From Balanoglossus misakiensis (Eukaryota; Animalia; Hemichordata), in assembly GCA_040954595.2 (NCBI GenBank), contig CM082576.2, forward strand, positions 14,325,129 through 14,389,128: a DNA stretch of 64,000 bases. Reading direction: 5' to 3'. The position numbers and the translations under genes were made by a program. Shown piece after piece: positions 52,743-64,000 of this stretch. How positions within the stretch are numbered: the stretch's first letter is position 1; the number at the start of each line of letters is the position of its first letter. The notes beneath the pieces are model-generated. The model did no database searches and was not told where the DNA came from. It was given only the letters and a program-made list of their open reading frames with translations.

Positions 52743-53446
52743 CCTACTTGTATTTTTAATCATATGTCATTCAATCGTCACGTGATTGAAAGTCGACGTT
52801 CATGTGCATATTGTAATATCATTAAAAATCGGTCATTTTACCCCACCAATTTTCAGGAGAACTTGGTTATGATTATATCCCCTGAATTCAACCCTCGTTC
52901 AAATGATTGCCGTATAATCAAAAATTATCGTCGAAATCAGTATTAGTATTCACGATAACCACTTCTCAGATTTGTATACAAACTTGTAATTTTGTTTATT
53001 ATCAATTTTCTGAAACGTGTTATTTGACTTCATTGCTACACGGTATTCAAATGTTATAATTATTAGTTTTACTTGTAGAGATATTTTAAATACATTTTGT
53101 TACTTGTTTGACGTTTTGAAAATTTCAGCCACGCGAAAGTCGATAATATATGACATGGAATTGTCATTATATCATTTGAGTGCTTCTACGGGCTGGAAAA
53201 TATCTTATTTTCTACGGTCGAGACCTCGTTCATTGTGAACGAGAGGCGTATTATGCAAATGTAATCACCTTCGGACTAAAGAACCAACACTTTTTTGGGT
53301 TTATAAGATTGCGTTGGTTGTACCTTTGAAATTATTTATGCAAAACAAACAATGAATTTCTGATCGATTCTGTAACTAAATAGAAATTGGCATCATCATC
53401 ATAATCATGGTCGTCGTCGTCGTTAATTTGTGTTTGTTTGTTTGTT

Positions 53447-53596
<150 letters not shown>

Positions 53597-53691
53597 AATT
53601 ACCATAAGTAGAATTCAAAGAAAGTTTTTAACAAAATCTTAGACACAGTTTTGGAGAAAATATGTTTAGTATGATTGTATGACAATATCAA

Positions 53692-55065
53692 ATATCTGTC
53701 TTTGCGCCCATATTCAATCTATACTGGTAGTAGACCTAAAACGAAAGGCCCCTCTGTGCCCGTTGACAGAAAGATGGCGGTAGACCCAGTCTAGTCAAGT
53801 CTATAGCCGCACCTGTTTGGCAAGCTGCATAATGGACTTGTATATAGGTTGATGCCTTCACTCTTAAAATTGAATACGGGACGGTGTAGAATGAAAAAAA
53901 AGAATGGCATCGGCCATTCAGTTTGCTTCTAGGGATATTACTAATGTCTGCATAATGGGAAAATGTTCATGGCCAGGCACAGGCCTTCACTTCAAAATAA
54001 CGCCACTTTGGACAATAAAATAGGGGGAATAGGCCTTCAAGTTCGACAAACGTAGATCCATAACGTTATCGACCTCTTGAATATTACGAAGAGAGTTTAA
54101 AGACTACATCTATTTCAAAGGAATCGGCCATGCTGTTACTTGACCATAACCACAGTAAACATTCCGACGCCAGTCAGAAAAATATGGGCTAGCTTACAAA
54201 TGTGAACTCAAGATGAACCTTCAGTCAGTCATCTTCGCTAGCCAAGCTATTTTTTTCGGTCAGGAGTGCCTCTCTGAAATTAGATGGTGGGACAGGTACA
54301 TTACTGTCCACGTATGCAAACTATCACCACAGACTTTAAGGCAAGCAGGCCGGATTTGGCCCATTGTAATACATGTAATTTACATTACTCATCAAAGCAA
54401 CGGTTCGCGCCAAGTAGTAAGCTTCAGTTATAATCATCTCTGAAATTGTTGCGATGTCCAGCAGATTGAAAAAAAATATTTGTCCCTTGTATGATTTAGT
54501 AGACATCTGAAGTGTCGTGGGGTTATCATCGCAGAGACCTGTCATGCTAAAATGAACGAATTAACTAAATTACCATATACTTATACAAAATTGCACCTTT
54601 TGGGCAATCTGTTTGGTTTATGTGTTACAAAACAAACGGCTAATCTAGTTCAAAATGTTTAAAGGACACTGTCTCGTCTCATCACAAAGGCTATTTGCAC
54701 GTAACTATTTATCGGAGCTGAAGGTGGCATTTTTTATGTTCGAAATTTTCGTTTTCATTCATCCAATAAAATTCGACCAGGTAGTGGCCACGCCCTGTTG
54801 TTCGGACACAGGCCTGGGAAGATGTGTTGAATAAACAATGATAAATTTGAAGTGTTTGTAAAGTTGGTACGGCAAAGCCATAAATTGAAATCCCATGGGT
54901 CGTCAATTTGATCAAATATTATAAAGATCGCATTATTCTTCGCCATTTCACGTCACTGTGAAGACACGAACTTTGCCACGCATTGATATTGTGTGGCTTA
55001 TATTATTGAGTGCATGCGTACACGTAGAATAATTCCAACGCACGCGTGCAGCACGAGCGCACACA
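53692..55065. repeat. Diverged block, copy B (see 27942-29140)
   Basis: Collinear, same orientation; differs by indels. Confidence 0.75.
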
Positions 55066-56717
55066 TACAGACGCATACATGCACGCCATGTTTTATATAA
55101 AAATAGTAATAGTGAGGCCTTATATAGCGCAGGTATCCACAATTGTGCTCAAGGCGCTTTACGATTACAATTTTGCGGATGTGGAACAAAATTTCGGAAT
55201 GCAAATATTCAACAGAAACAACTTAACAAAATCATCAGACTATGTAGTAGTGGAACTTGAAGTTATAATCGCGAAATAAATCTTTTGAAAGCGTTCTGTC
55301 TCGTTGTAAATTAATTCCTTAATTTTCAGAATTTTTAGAACGCAGCCATAGTCTTTCGACTATTATACTATATGCGTCGACGTCCAAGTCCACGTTAATA
55401 TGTCTAGCCGATTTTACACATGCAGGCAGCACGTCAAAGTCAAGCCAATATCTTGGATGTCTTTGAGTCGTTGATTGAGAGTCGAGCAATGTAGGTGAAG
55501 AGTCAGGCCAATGTATGGCGAGAGAACGGCAATATATTGTAATAAGGATAGTTTCATGTTTTCTGTTATCACGACCGACCTGTTTAAATAGACTTGTCAT
55601 TTTGAATGCCGCCATAAACTTCATTCGGCAGCTGACCCCTATACTGAGTCGCCGCGCTCGCGAGAAATGTTGTTTGACTAAGATTTCTGTCTATTTGGTG
55701 AATGCGAAGTTATATAAAGGCACGGGCAGTTGGATTTGACAGTAGCGGCTGTACTACGGACGGTGCGAAACGGACGAGGTGAGTCTTACATGCCATCCTC
55801 AGAATCCGCATATAGTCAATATTCTCGTATCAAAAATCACCCTCGATACTGTTGAAGCACGCTAATGTGCATTGCAGCATAGGCTCATCTTAGTGAAATG
55901 GTGCTGCGCTTGCGAAATATTTATTTTATATAGATTTGTCGGGGCTTCGCACTTCTTCAAGTTCGTTGATGTTCGGGATGATTAAGAATCTCGAGAAGTA
56001 GCATTGGAACAGGGAAATAAATACTCGGCAGAATATACCTTATCACTCATGAAAATAACATCTGTAATGCACAGATCGTGCGCAGAGATCATGAAGTTCT
56101 GTCATATTCACTGTTATGTTTTAACTTTTCCATTTTATTAAATTTTGCAAGTTGATCTACGTTACTAAAATTGAACCATCCCCACTCGTGGTTGTTAGTT
56201 CTCACCGGCCTCGTATAGACACGTGTATACTTCCACGGTGTAAGTTTTTATAAATCTTATAATACGGTATTATTTCACTGAAATATTTTCGTAATTGCTC
56301 CGCATTCATAGTTCAGTACAGTAATTGAGCAGCTTTAACCGAATATTTCAGTAAGTTTACCAGCATAATTTAAAAAATGGACCAAACCTTATTGATGGTC
56401 AAACGTCTGCAACTTCGTGGGCCATAGTTGAAGGCGCCACACAGACAGATAAAGTAAAATTAGGTAAAGGGTTATTACAACTACTGTCGATAAACGATAC
56501 ATCCTCAATCTATACTAAACTAGATCATACTAAGAAATTAAGACAAAACACAATAAATGCGGTATCATGCGGTGGTTGTCTTATACCCCACGAGTACTGT
56601 GTACCCCCACCATATCCACCACTTTTATTTCATGATCCCCCTTATAGAAGCATTGTTACATTGTACATACAAATGATCTACAATTGAATTATAAGTTACA
56701 AGTACAGCATCCATGAA

Positions 56718-56915
56718 ATATTATGAGGTTATTACGAAAATACCGCAAAGTATGCACGATGACATTAGCGCTGAGTATCGCCCGACGCGTAGCGGAGGGC
56801 GATGCGCTGCGCTAATGTCCGAGTGCATACTTTGCGGTATTTTCGTAATAACCTTATTATTATACATCTTACATCTCCGTTAGTTCTTGTGTTGCATGTT
56901 ACTTGGCTTTCAAAA
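56718..56915. mobile_element. Hairpin-bearing interspersed repeat (copy of 39241-39440)
   Basis: Near-identical ~200 bp; loop ATCGCCCGACGCGTAGCGGAGGGCGAT. Confidence 0.8.
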
Positions 56916-57163
56916 TGCCGATACAATCGATCGAAAACCGCTCAGTTGACTCAGTGAGCAGCCATCTTTCTTTTTTGTTTACGTGTGCGCACGTGCGTTG
57001 GAATGCGGGCGCCTTGAAACCGTTCGCATAACAGCGCATACCTGTACACGGTGAGTTTGGGGCGCCTTGAAACTAAGGCTTATTTAACGCGCGTTCCGTA
57101 CGTACCGTTCCGTACGGCTTTTTATTGCACGCCAAAATCTATTGTTCTCGGCACCAGATGTAT

Positions 57164-57365
57164 AATAATATGACAGAACTTCATGACCTCTGCGCGCGAT
57201 CTGTGCAGTATGGATATTATTTTCATGAGTGAGAAGGTGTATTCTTCCGAGTATTTTTACGAGCGACAGCGAGTAAAAATACGGAAGAATACACCTTATC
57301 ACGAGTGAAAATAATATCCATACTGCACAGATCGCGCGCAGAGGTCATGAAGTTCTGTTATTATT
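57164..57365. repeat. Long palindrome (~90-bp arms)
   Basis: ACAGAACTTCATGACCTCTGCGCGCGATCTGTGCAGTATGGATATTATTTTCA... mirrored around CGAGCGACAGCGAG; single arms also at ~40131-40183 and ~56030-56104. Confidence 0.9.
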
Positions 57366-57539
57366 GCATATGTTTCCCCAGATTTGACGAAAATCAAAGT
57401 TTCGATCGCGGCGTATTGATTTTCATTACAGTGATGCGCCAAAGGCTATGCAACCCAGAGATGGCCGCTCATTGGACAAAATGACGCAACCTTTGTTATG
57501 CAAAGTAGGGTCAAGTCGGGTCCTTTCATCAGTGATTCA

Positions 57540-57920
57540 ACTGAGGTCGCGAGATTGCAGCGGTAAATTTTGAAAATACTGGCGATAACGAGAGTTTTTT
57601 CGTAATTTTCGAGGTTCCAAAACACACTGACAACTAAATGTTCTGTTATTCTGACGATAGTTGGGAAGGATAATAAAAGAACGTGCCAGAATGTTGAAAA
57701 ATCCGCATGTTTCGGCGATCATGTTGGCTCATTTCATCGGTGGTTTAGCTCAGGTCGCAAGATAGCATCGGCAATATTTGAGAAACTGGCGATAGCGAGG
57801 GATATTCCGAGGTTCCCAAACATACTGCCAATTAATGTTTTGTTATTCTGACAAAATTTGGGAAGGATAAGACAATGGCGTCTCCGAATGTTGAAAATTC
57901 CCCACGTTTCGGCGATCATA
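57540..57920. repeat. Diverged tandem pair (~205-bp unit); first unit also at 39927-40040
   Basis: AATGTTCTGTTATTCTGAC..TTGGGAAGGATAA..GAATGTTGAAAA.TCC.CA.GTTTCGGCGATCAT repeated. Confidence 0.75.
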
Positions 57921-59118
57921 CTCCAACTCTGCCGACGGCGTTCAATGTTTACAAACAAAACGTAGTCCGGCTTGTTTTTACTCATTTGCATATGGGTTGT
58001 GAAAAATACCACTTTGTCATGCGCACAACTAAAACAACATTCGGCTTTTTTTGCGACTGAAATAAAACTTTTGTTATATCCTCCGGAGGTTTATATGAAC
58101 TCCAAGTGATTGTGTAACAGAACGAGGGTTAAACTTTGAAAGATATGATCGATTGAAGGGGAAATGGGGGATCTTATTCTTCTGGATGCTCATTTGCATA
58201 TGAGTTCGCAAAAATACCAGAATTATTATTGCACGGCCCGCTTGGAATACTGTAGTACATATGCAATAATCAATAATTAATACGCTTACTTTGAGGACAT
58301 TAGATTTACATTCGACATCAAACTTCAGTATCACGAAAAATGAAAGAAAAAGCACTGCTAAATACAAAAGGATCTACTAATGAATTATGAACTTAAATAC
58401 AACGTCCATTGTAAATTCCAATAACCAATGAGCTTACTTGAGGAAATTGGACATCAAACATTATTACAAAAATTGCTGGTGTAGCCATCGTGGAGTGACA
58501 ACCGAGACTGACAGACAAAGAACTTCTCACACTATATATACGTACGAACACCTGTGACGAATACCAATCAACGGAATTCCCTTACGTAACGAATAGATAG
58601 TAATTATATGCTAATCTTCGAAACGCATATAAATTATCCAGTCCCTGTGGACTCTGCATCCCGTTGTCAAGTACCGGTTAAAATCAACTGGAAATAATTT
58701 AAACCAGTATAAGAATAGTTTGGGACGTTACCTCATACAGAGTCGTCCAACTTTCTTCTATACGCTTCTGGAATGTTCATAAGCTAATGATTACTAAATA
58801 TTAAGTAATTGTTCTTTTCGTCGAATGAGGGTGGCGTTTTACTGATGTGTTTGTTAGATGTTTTTTCTGAGTGTGAATTAGTCTTGATTTTTATATTTAC
58901 TGGTAAGTTTCGTTTTTAAAGTCAAAATGTGCGACATTAACGAGATAGTAAATGGATTCAACAAGTTCAGATTTCAGAAGAAGGCAATAGTCTGCAGGCG
59001 AAGTGCTGATGAATACATGTAGGTGTACATTGAATAATCGCTGTGAGAAGTACATGTACGAGTCAAAGACAGTTGAGGGCGCAATACAGTCGTTTTTTGG
59101 CAAACACAGAGCCGAAAA

Positions 59119-59963
59119 TATAATAATAATTTTATTCCACTTGCACTACAGGCCTCCAGCCCAATGTACTGGAATATTTTAAATACATTTCAGGAAAAAA
59201 ATAAAATGTTACAGAACACAGTGACCTTGAGATTGTTAAGATTTGCAGGGGGTTTCTTTTACATTGAAAACAAGAACCAGCACTTTCCCGGAAGTCAGTT
59301 CGCCAACTCCTTCCTTTTGTTAAAGGCATAAAATAAGTAAAGGCTTAGCTTTCTTAAGATATTCGGATTTTGTGTTGACATAATTTGCATAAATTTATCA
59401 ATAGAAGGGTTGGTAAGAAATTGAGCTGGTAAGTATTTTACCCTGATGGTATCGTATAACTTACATTGTAATAAAAAGTGGTATTCATTTTCTATGTACC
59501 CATCGTTACAAATGCACAATCTGTCTTTACGTGGGGTGTTATTTCGTCTACCTTGTTCAATATGAAGTGGATGGTTAGATAACCGAAAAGAAGTTAAGGT
59601 AGCTCTAAAAATAGGCTTCAGGGTGGTGAGGAGGTATGGTTCTATCAATAGAGTAGATTTAAAAAGTCTATATGATTGCAGCCTGTTGTAAGTACCAATT
59701 TCCACGTTCCAGTCTTGCAGTTCTATGTCTGTACAACGCTGTCTAAATTCCGAAAGGAATTTTGTCTCGTTACCCACTCCCTGATTATACCATGCCTCCG
59801 CAAACCCATATGAGAACAGGAGAGATCTCACAGCTTTTGCCCAACATTCACAATTTCTTTCAGCCAGTTTACATTGCTCTTGGTACGCATGAAAAATATA
59901 TCTCTTAGTATCAGCGTTTGTTAAACGTAACCAGAACTTTATCATTTTTGGAAGTCTTAGCGT
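59119..59963 (-). mobile_element. 5'-truncated non-LTR retrotransposon (RTEX-like LINE), 3' end
   Basis: Intact ORF2 C-terminus 59945-59295 (IKFWLRL...FRLSNHPLHIEQGR...RLCIC...IENEYHFLLQCKLY, CCHC-type finger), 3' UTR with AATAAA and (TTA)n tail, and an 11-bp TSD AGAGCCGAAAA at 59108-59118 and 59964-59974. Confidence 0.9.
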
Positions 59964-60261
59964 AGAGCCGAAAAGTTAGCTGACATTTGCCTGAAAAAAA
60001 TATTGTATGGAAATATCGCCCTCTTGTTGATATCAAAGTTGGTGTCTGCATGTATCAGGGTCGATCAATACTTGCACAGGACTATATCGCCATCTCATGA
60101 GACTGACAAGAAAATTATGTTGAGAATATCTACTTCTAGAATGTATTTGAGTGTTCCACAATCACCAGGCATTTGGATTTTAGAGAAACAATTAAAGGGA
60201 CAAAGTCTCTCTCTCGCTGCCCTTTTCCCATTACATGTAATTATGTTTGATGCAAGACAGA

Positions 60262-60496
60262 GTTTATGTTATTCTAGATGTGAATATATAGTGAATCAAC
60301 GTTCGACCAGACATACCTTCTATCCCGTCCGTAGACACGAGAGTGAAAAAAACTCGCCAAAATGAATAATCGTTCTCTACCATTTATTCATTTTGGGCGA
60401 ATTTTTACTCTCATATCATACATGTACAAGTGGGATGGAAGTTGTATGTGGTCGAACGTTTATTCACTTTATATCCACATGTAGAACAACATAAAC
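60262..60496. repeat. Long imperfect palindrome / foldback element (~105-bp arms)
   Basis: GTTTATGTT.TTCTA.ATGTG.ATATA.AGTGAAT.AACGTTCGACCA ... mirrored TGGTCGAACGTTTATTCACTTTATATCCACATGTAGAACAACATAAAC. Confidence 0.85.
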
Positions 60497-60856
60497 GTAG
60501 TTGATAGCCACAATCCAATGAGACGTCTGCTATATAACATCACTTAGAAACGAATAACATTTATTCAACGTTTTTCTCGGATCTCACCTGATGGTGACCC
60601 CGCGACGAACCCATTAACGGTCGCGTAGTACCCTACTGACCTTCCTTGAACACAATGTACATAAAACAAAGAGAATGTGTAGAATTTCAGGAAAATAAGC
60701 AATTTTAATGCGCTGTCAAGTAATCATTTACATTCATCACTTGTCAAGTATATTTCAGCATCTCAAACAAAGAAAAATGAATAGCCACAAAATTGTGAAG
60801 ATGAAAGGAGGCATAGAGTTCTCATGTGTCCATTTCCAATATTGTCATCGTTCCAT

Positions 60857-61258
60857 TTAAGCACGCTTCAGGTAACGCTTTCCGACGACGCCAACTCCGT
60901 CCTTCGAGAGGGTGCAGACCATTTGATCCCCGGTGACCTCGCGTTTCTCCACCACGGTGCCTGCGTCCACTCCTTTGATGGTCAGCGTGGTTCCATCGAC
61001 GCTTGCGACGGCCATCCTCTCTTTGCCGATCGGAGCGAACGTCTCCTTGAACGGCTCCCCGGGCTTGAACTTCTGCTCGATGACGTTGCCTTTCGGTCCG
61101 GTCATCTTGATGACGAAGAAGTCTCCATCCTTGAGGCATTCGACAGACGCCTGCGCGTCGGCCGCGCCTTCCGCCTTCTCTGGTGGTGCCCCGGCGGCCA
61201 GAAGGAATTCCTTCATGTTCTCGCTCTTCACGTAGGTCCACTTGCCGAGGAAAGCCAT
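60857..61258 (-). CDS. Fatty acid-binding protein (iLBP/FABP family), intronless, 133 aa, paralog 2
   Basis: MAFLGKWTYVKSENMKEFLLAAG...FKPGEPFKETF...LSKDGVGVVGKRYLKRA; same length as and ungapped alignment to paralog 1; ATG at 61258. Confidence 0.9.
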   Translation of the reverse strand: MAFLGKWTYVKSENMKEFLLAAGAPPEKAEGAADAQASVECLKDGDFFVIKMTGPKGNVIEQKFKPGEPFKETFAPIGKERMAVASVDGTTLTIKGVDAGTVVEKREVTGDQMVCTLSKDGVGVVGKRYLKRA

Positions 61259-61361
61259 GATTTGATCGTCGAGTTGAGGAAGACTTGTGATGAGCAGCGT
61301 TGATGGTAATGAGGAGAGTGACTCTGACACCCCTGGTTGGAGCCCTTTTGAAAGATTCAAT

Positions 61362-61369
61362 ATGCAAAT
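61362..61369 (-). promoter_or_regulatory. Octamer (POU) motif ATTTGCAT upstream of FABP paralog 2
   Basis: CCTTATTTGCATA versus CCTCATTTGCATA in paralog 1; Inr-like TCACTC ~43 nt downstream. Confidence 0.4.
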
Positions 61370-62203
61370 AAGGCTTCGCCATTTTAAACGTCGCCGGGAT
61401 TTTCTAATCTGCACAGAACAATGCAAAGAGCGCTGTGAAAATGCATGACTGTAATTCCCGCAAATTCTTGAAATAATTAGACGTTGTTTTACCCTGAAAT
61501 AAAGACCATGTAATATCTATATTTATATTATACACCAGGGTCAATATTGCCCCTCAACGTACCACACCAACCCACCCCGTGATTCACTTGGTATCTTCTG
61601 AACCATTTACCCTTTTCCTGGCATTCCGCATTTCGTGTTACAATTTTCTTGATGATGTCATCGATATTACATACTCGGGTCCGAACATGCCATGTTAGAG
61701 TGGGACAAAGTTGAAACCTTGAAAACAGTCCATTGACGGAAGATCAAATGAACTTTACCATAGAAGACAAAACTGTCTCCTTTGGTAGTAGAGACATGTT
61801 GTCCGAATTTTAGTAATGGTGTCATTGCGAAGAAGGCAACTTTAGTATACTAATCACATTCATTTGTCATGAATCAAGAGAAACACCATATCTACGTACT
61901 CTGGAAAGGATATTTGCTTTGTATGGAATGAGCTGACTTGAAATCATGTGAGGTGCTTATAATTATTTAGCCCAATAGAGTGAAAGTTTTTCAAAATTCG
62001 ACCGAATTTCCTATTAAACCGTGCAACATTCACATTCTTCTATATTTATTAATAATTTGGGGCATCAGGCTGCACGGATTTGATGTTATAACACACCATG
62101 CAGCGAACCCTCGATCGTGATTCGTCAATACGACGTCACGTGACCTTAGTCATTTCGAACTGTTGCCTGGGGCATCAGTTCGATCGGTTTGGTGTGTTAT
62201 AAA

Positions 62204-62353
62204 ACACATGATGACTGACATATTCGGGCAACAGTGTATTTTTAATGACCTCGGGACTGCCAGTCACACCAAAACAAAACTGTTTTAGTTGTGACTAGCA
62301 GCACCCTCGGTCATCAAAATACACTGTTGCCCTCATTGTCAGTCATCATGTGT
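62204..62353. repeat. Palindromic element (~65-bp arms)
   Basis: ACACATGATGACTGACA...GGGCAACAGTGTATTTT.ATGACC ... GGTCATCAAAATACACTGTTGCCC...TGTCAGTCATCATGTGT. Confidence 0.85.
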
Positions 62354-62439
62354 ATATTGTTTACTCAAGAGAATACACCAGATTTCCTTCCAGGTCTCAA
62401 CTATTTACTCGACTTAGCAAAATAGAATACCAGTATATA

Positions 62440-62525
62440 ATTCATTCATTCATTCATTCATTCATTCATTCATTCATTCATTCATTCCGCACTCGTTCAC
62501 CCACCCACTCACTCACTCACTCACT
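62440..62525. repeat. (ATTC)n followed by (CACT)n microsatellite
   Basis: Directly visible. Confidence 0.9.
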
Positions 62526-64000
62526 TCTTTCATTGCTTTTCGTAGTAGTTTTATCCATGTGGAAAGAGCAAAGGCGATATTCAAGAAAGAACCATTGCAG
62601 ATGTAAAATACAATTTTCTGATTATTTAGAAACGGCAGATCTTTCGTTGGCATAGTAATTAAAGAGGCTCATCGCACGCGTTGTCGACATAACGAATGGG
62701 GCCGTCCGAACAATTGTTTACACATCAAATTATAAGTCAAGAGGATGTGTAATGATTACCACTTCATGATAACCGTTTGATTGGCGTGATTTCTTTTATC
62801 AATGACTTGTCCAAACAAATTATGGCGGCCTGTCTGTCTGCAGTCCTCAATACTTGCCCGGGCAACATTTTTTGATAATTAACGTGATCTAGAGCCCCCG
62901 AGCACTCCTTCACAATATGTGAGAAGCTTTATTGGGGGCCTAAATATCAGCCTAGATTCACAATTGATTCACTATAGTTTTCGGATGTTTGCCGGCGTGA
63001 AATGAAACCTCAGATTAAAATTGTTCAACCACCGCTTATTTCGTGGAATGTTTCAGAAATACAGGTTCGCGTAGTGAGGGCAAAGGAATTGATGGTGTGA
63101 GACAGAGCAGGGGGGGGGGGCTGTGTGGGCGGGTGGAGGTGAAGTAACATTACCTCAGAAAGACGACTGTTGAACTGTGTACAGACTAAAGAATGCCTGT
63201 TTGTAAGGAGTTTCAACATATGTTAGCAGAGGGGCATATACTCATTTAGTCGATAGCAAGCGCGCGAATATTGACGAAAAACATGCAAAACCTTACGCGG
63301 TCATGTCAATGTCAGGAAACCCACAGAATCATTAATACCACTGGGCAACATTTACAAATAGTCCTTCAAAAGTTCTTGATGTAAGCAAACCACACACATC
63401 CGTGTAGATAAAATGAATCTCACCATATAGACAATTATCGGTTTGACGGTTTAAGGTGACGTCATCATATAGCAGAAAACCTAACAATCTTGATGAGAAA
63501 AAAAAGAGATTTAAGTTCCACCAGAAACGATAACGTCAAACATTGCCCAGAGTGTCTGATTAGTGTTACCTTTACCAGACATATGGAGTCAGAAAATCCA
63601 ACTCCAAGTGTCAAAATCTTCGTTGATTTCAAATATTTATTCAAAATACAAATCCTCATCTCTAGCCTTAAAACATTATATTTTGATGATAAACACAGAA
63701 CGTTCACATTGCAAAGAGAACATGACTTATAACCAATGCAATGCCATGTATCCAAATGTAACAAAACAAACTGACAGAAAGCCAGGAAGAACTGTTTTAA
63801 TACTTTCAGCATTTAAATGTTGACATTTATTATACTGAAAGGTAGGAACAAAACACTTTCTTTATGTATGCAGAGCGCATAAGGCAAATCTGAAAATAGT
63901 ATCATGAAACGTTACTATACAGTATAAAAGAATGAAAATTTTAGTTTCCGGAGACGACAGAGAGTGATTGGTTGACTGTATACAGACGCTGTGCAACCGT

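Overview
Eukaryotic (metazoan) genomic DNA: AT-rich, GT-AG introns, microsatellites, many transposon relics; the gene and repeat content suggests an invertebrate deuterostome such as a hemichordate, echinoderm or amphioxus (inference, not established). Six host genes can be reconstructed exon by exon: two tandem 3-exon TMEM26-like genes (-), two intronless FABP-family paralogs (-) about 35 kb apart, and between those an 8-exon secreted PAN/Apple-EGF-TSP1-TSP1-pentraxin-TSP1-pentraxin protein (-) and a 3-exon DED-NACHT NLR (+). Mobile DNA includes a 5'-truncated, frameshifted Gypsy element with an intact 590-bp 3' LTR, a 5'-truncated LINE with an 11-bp TSD, several MITEs and at least five families of long hairpin elements. 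The most unusual observations: (i) TACATGTA, the Tc1/mariner excision footprint, is strongly over-represented and appears twice as an in-frame insertion in the dead Gypsy pol; (ii) the LTR contains an apparent intron bracketed by a duplicated 50-mer; (iii) one pentraxin domain has its Ca2+-ligating acidic residues replaced by Arg, and skipping one linker exon creates a stop codon; (iv) a diverged ~1.2-kb duplicated block may be a decayed gene. No CRISPR array, rRNA or tRNA was recognised.
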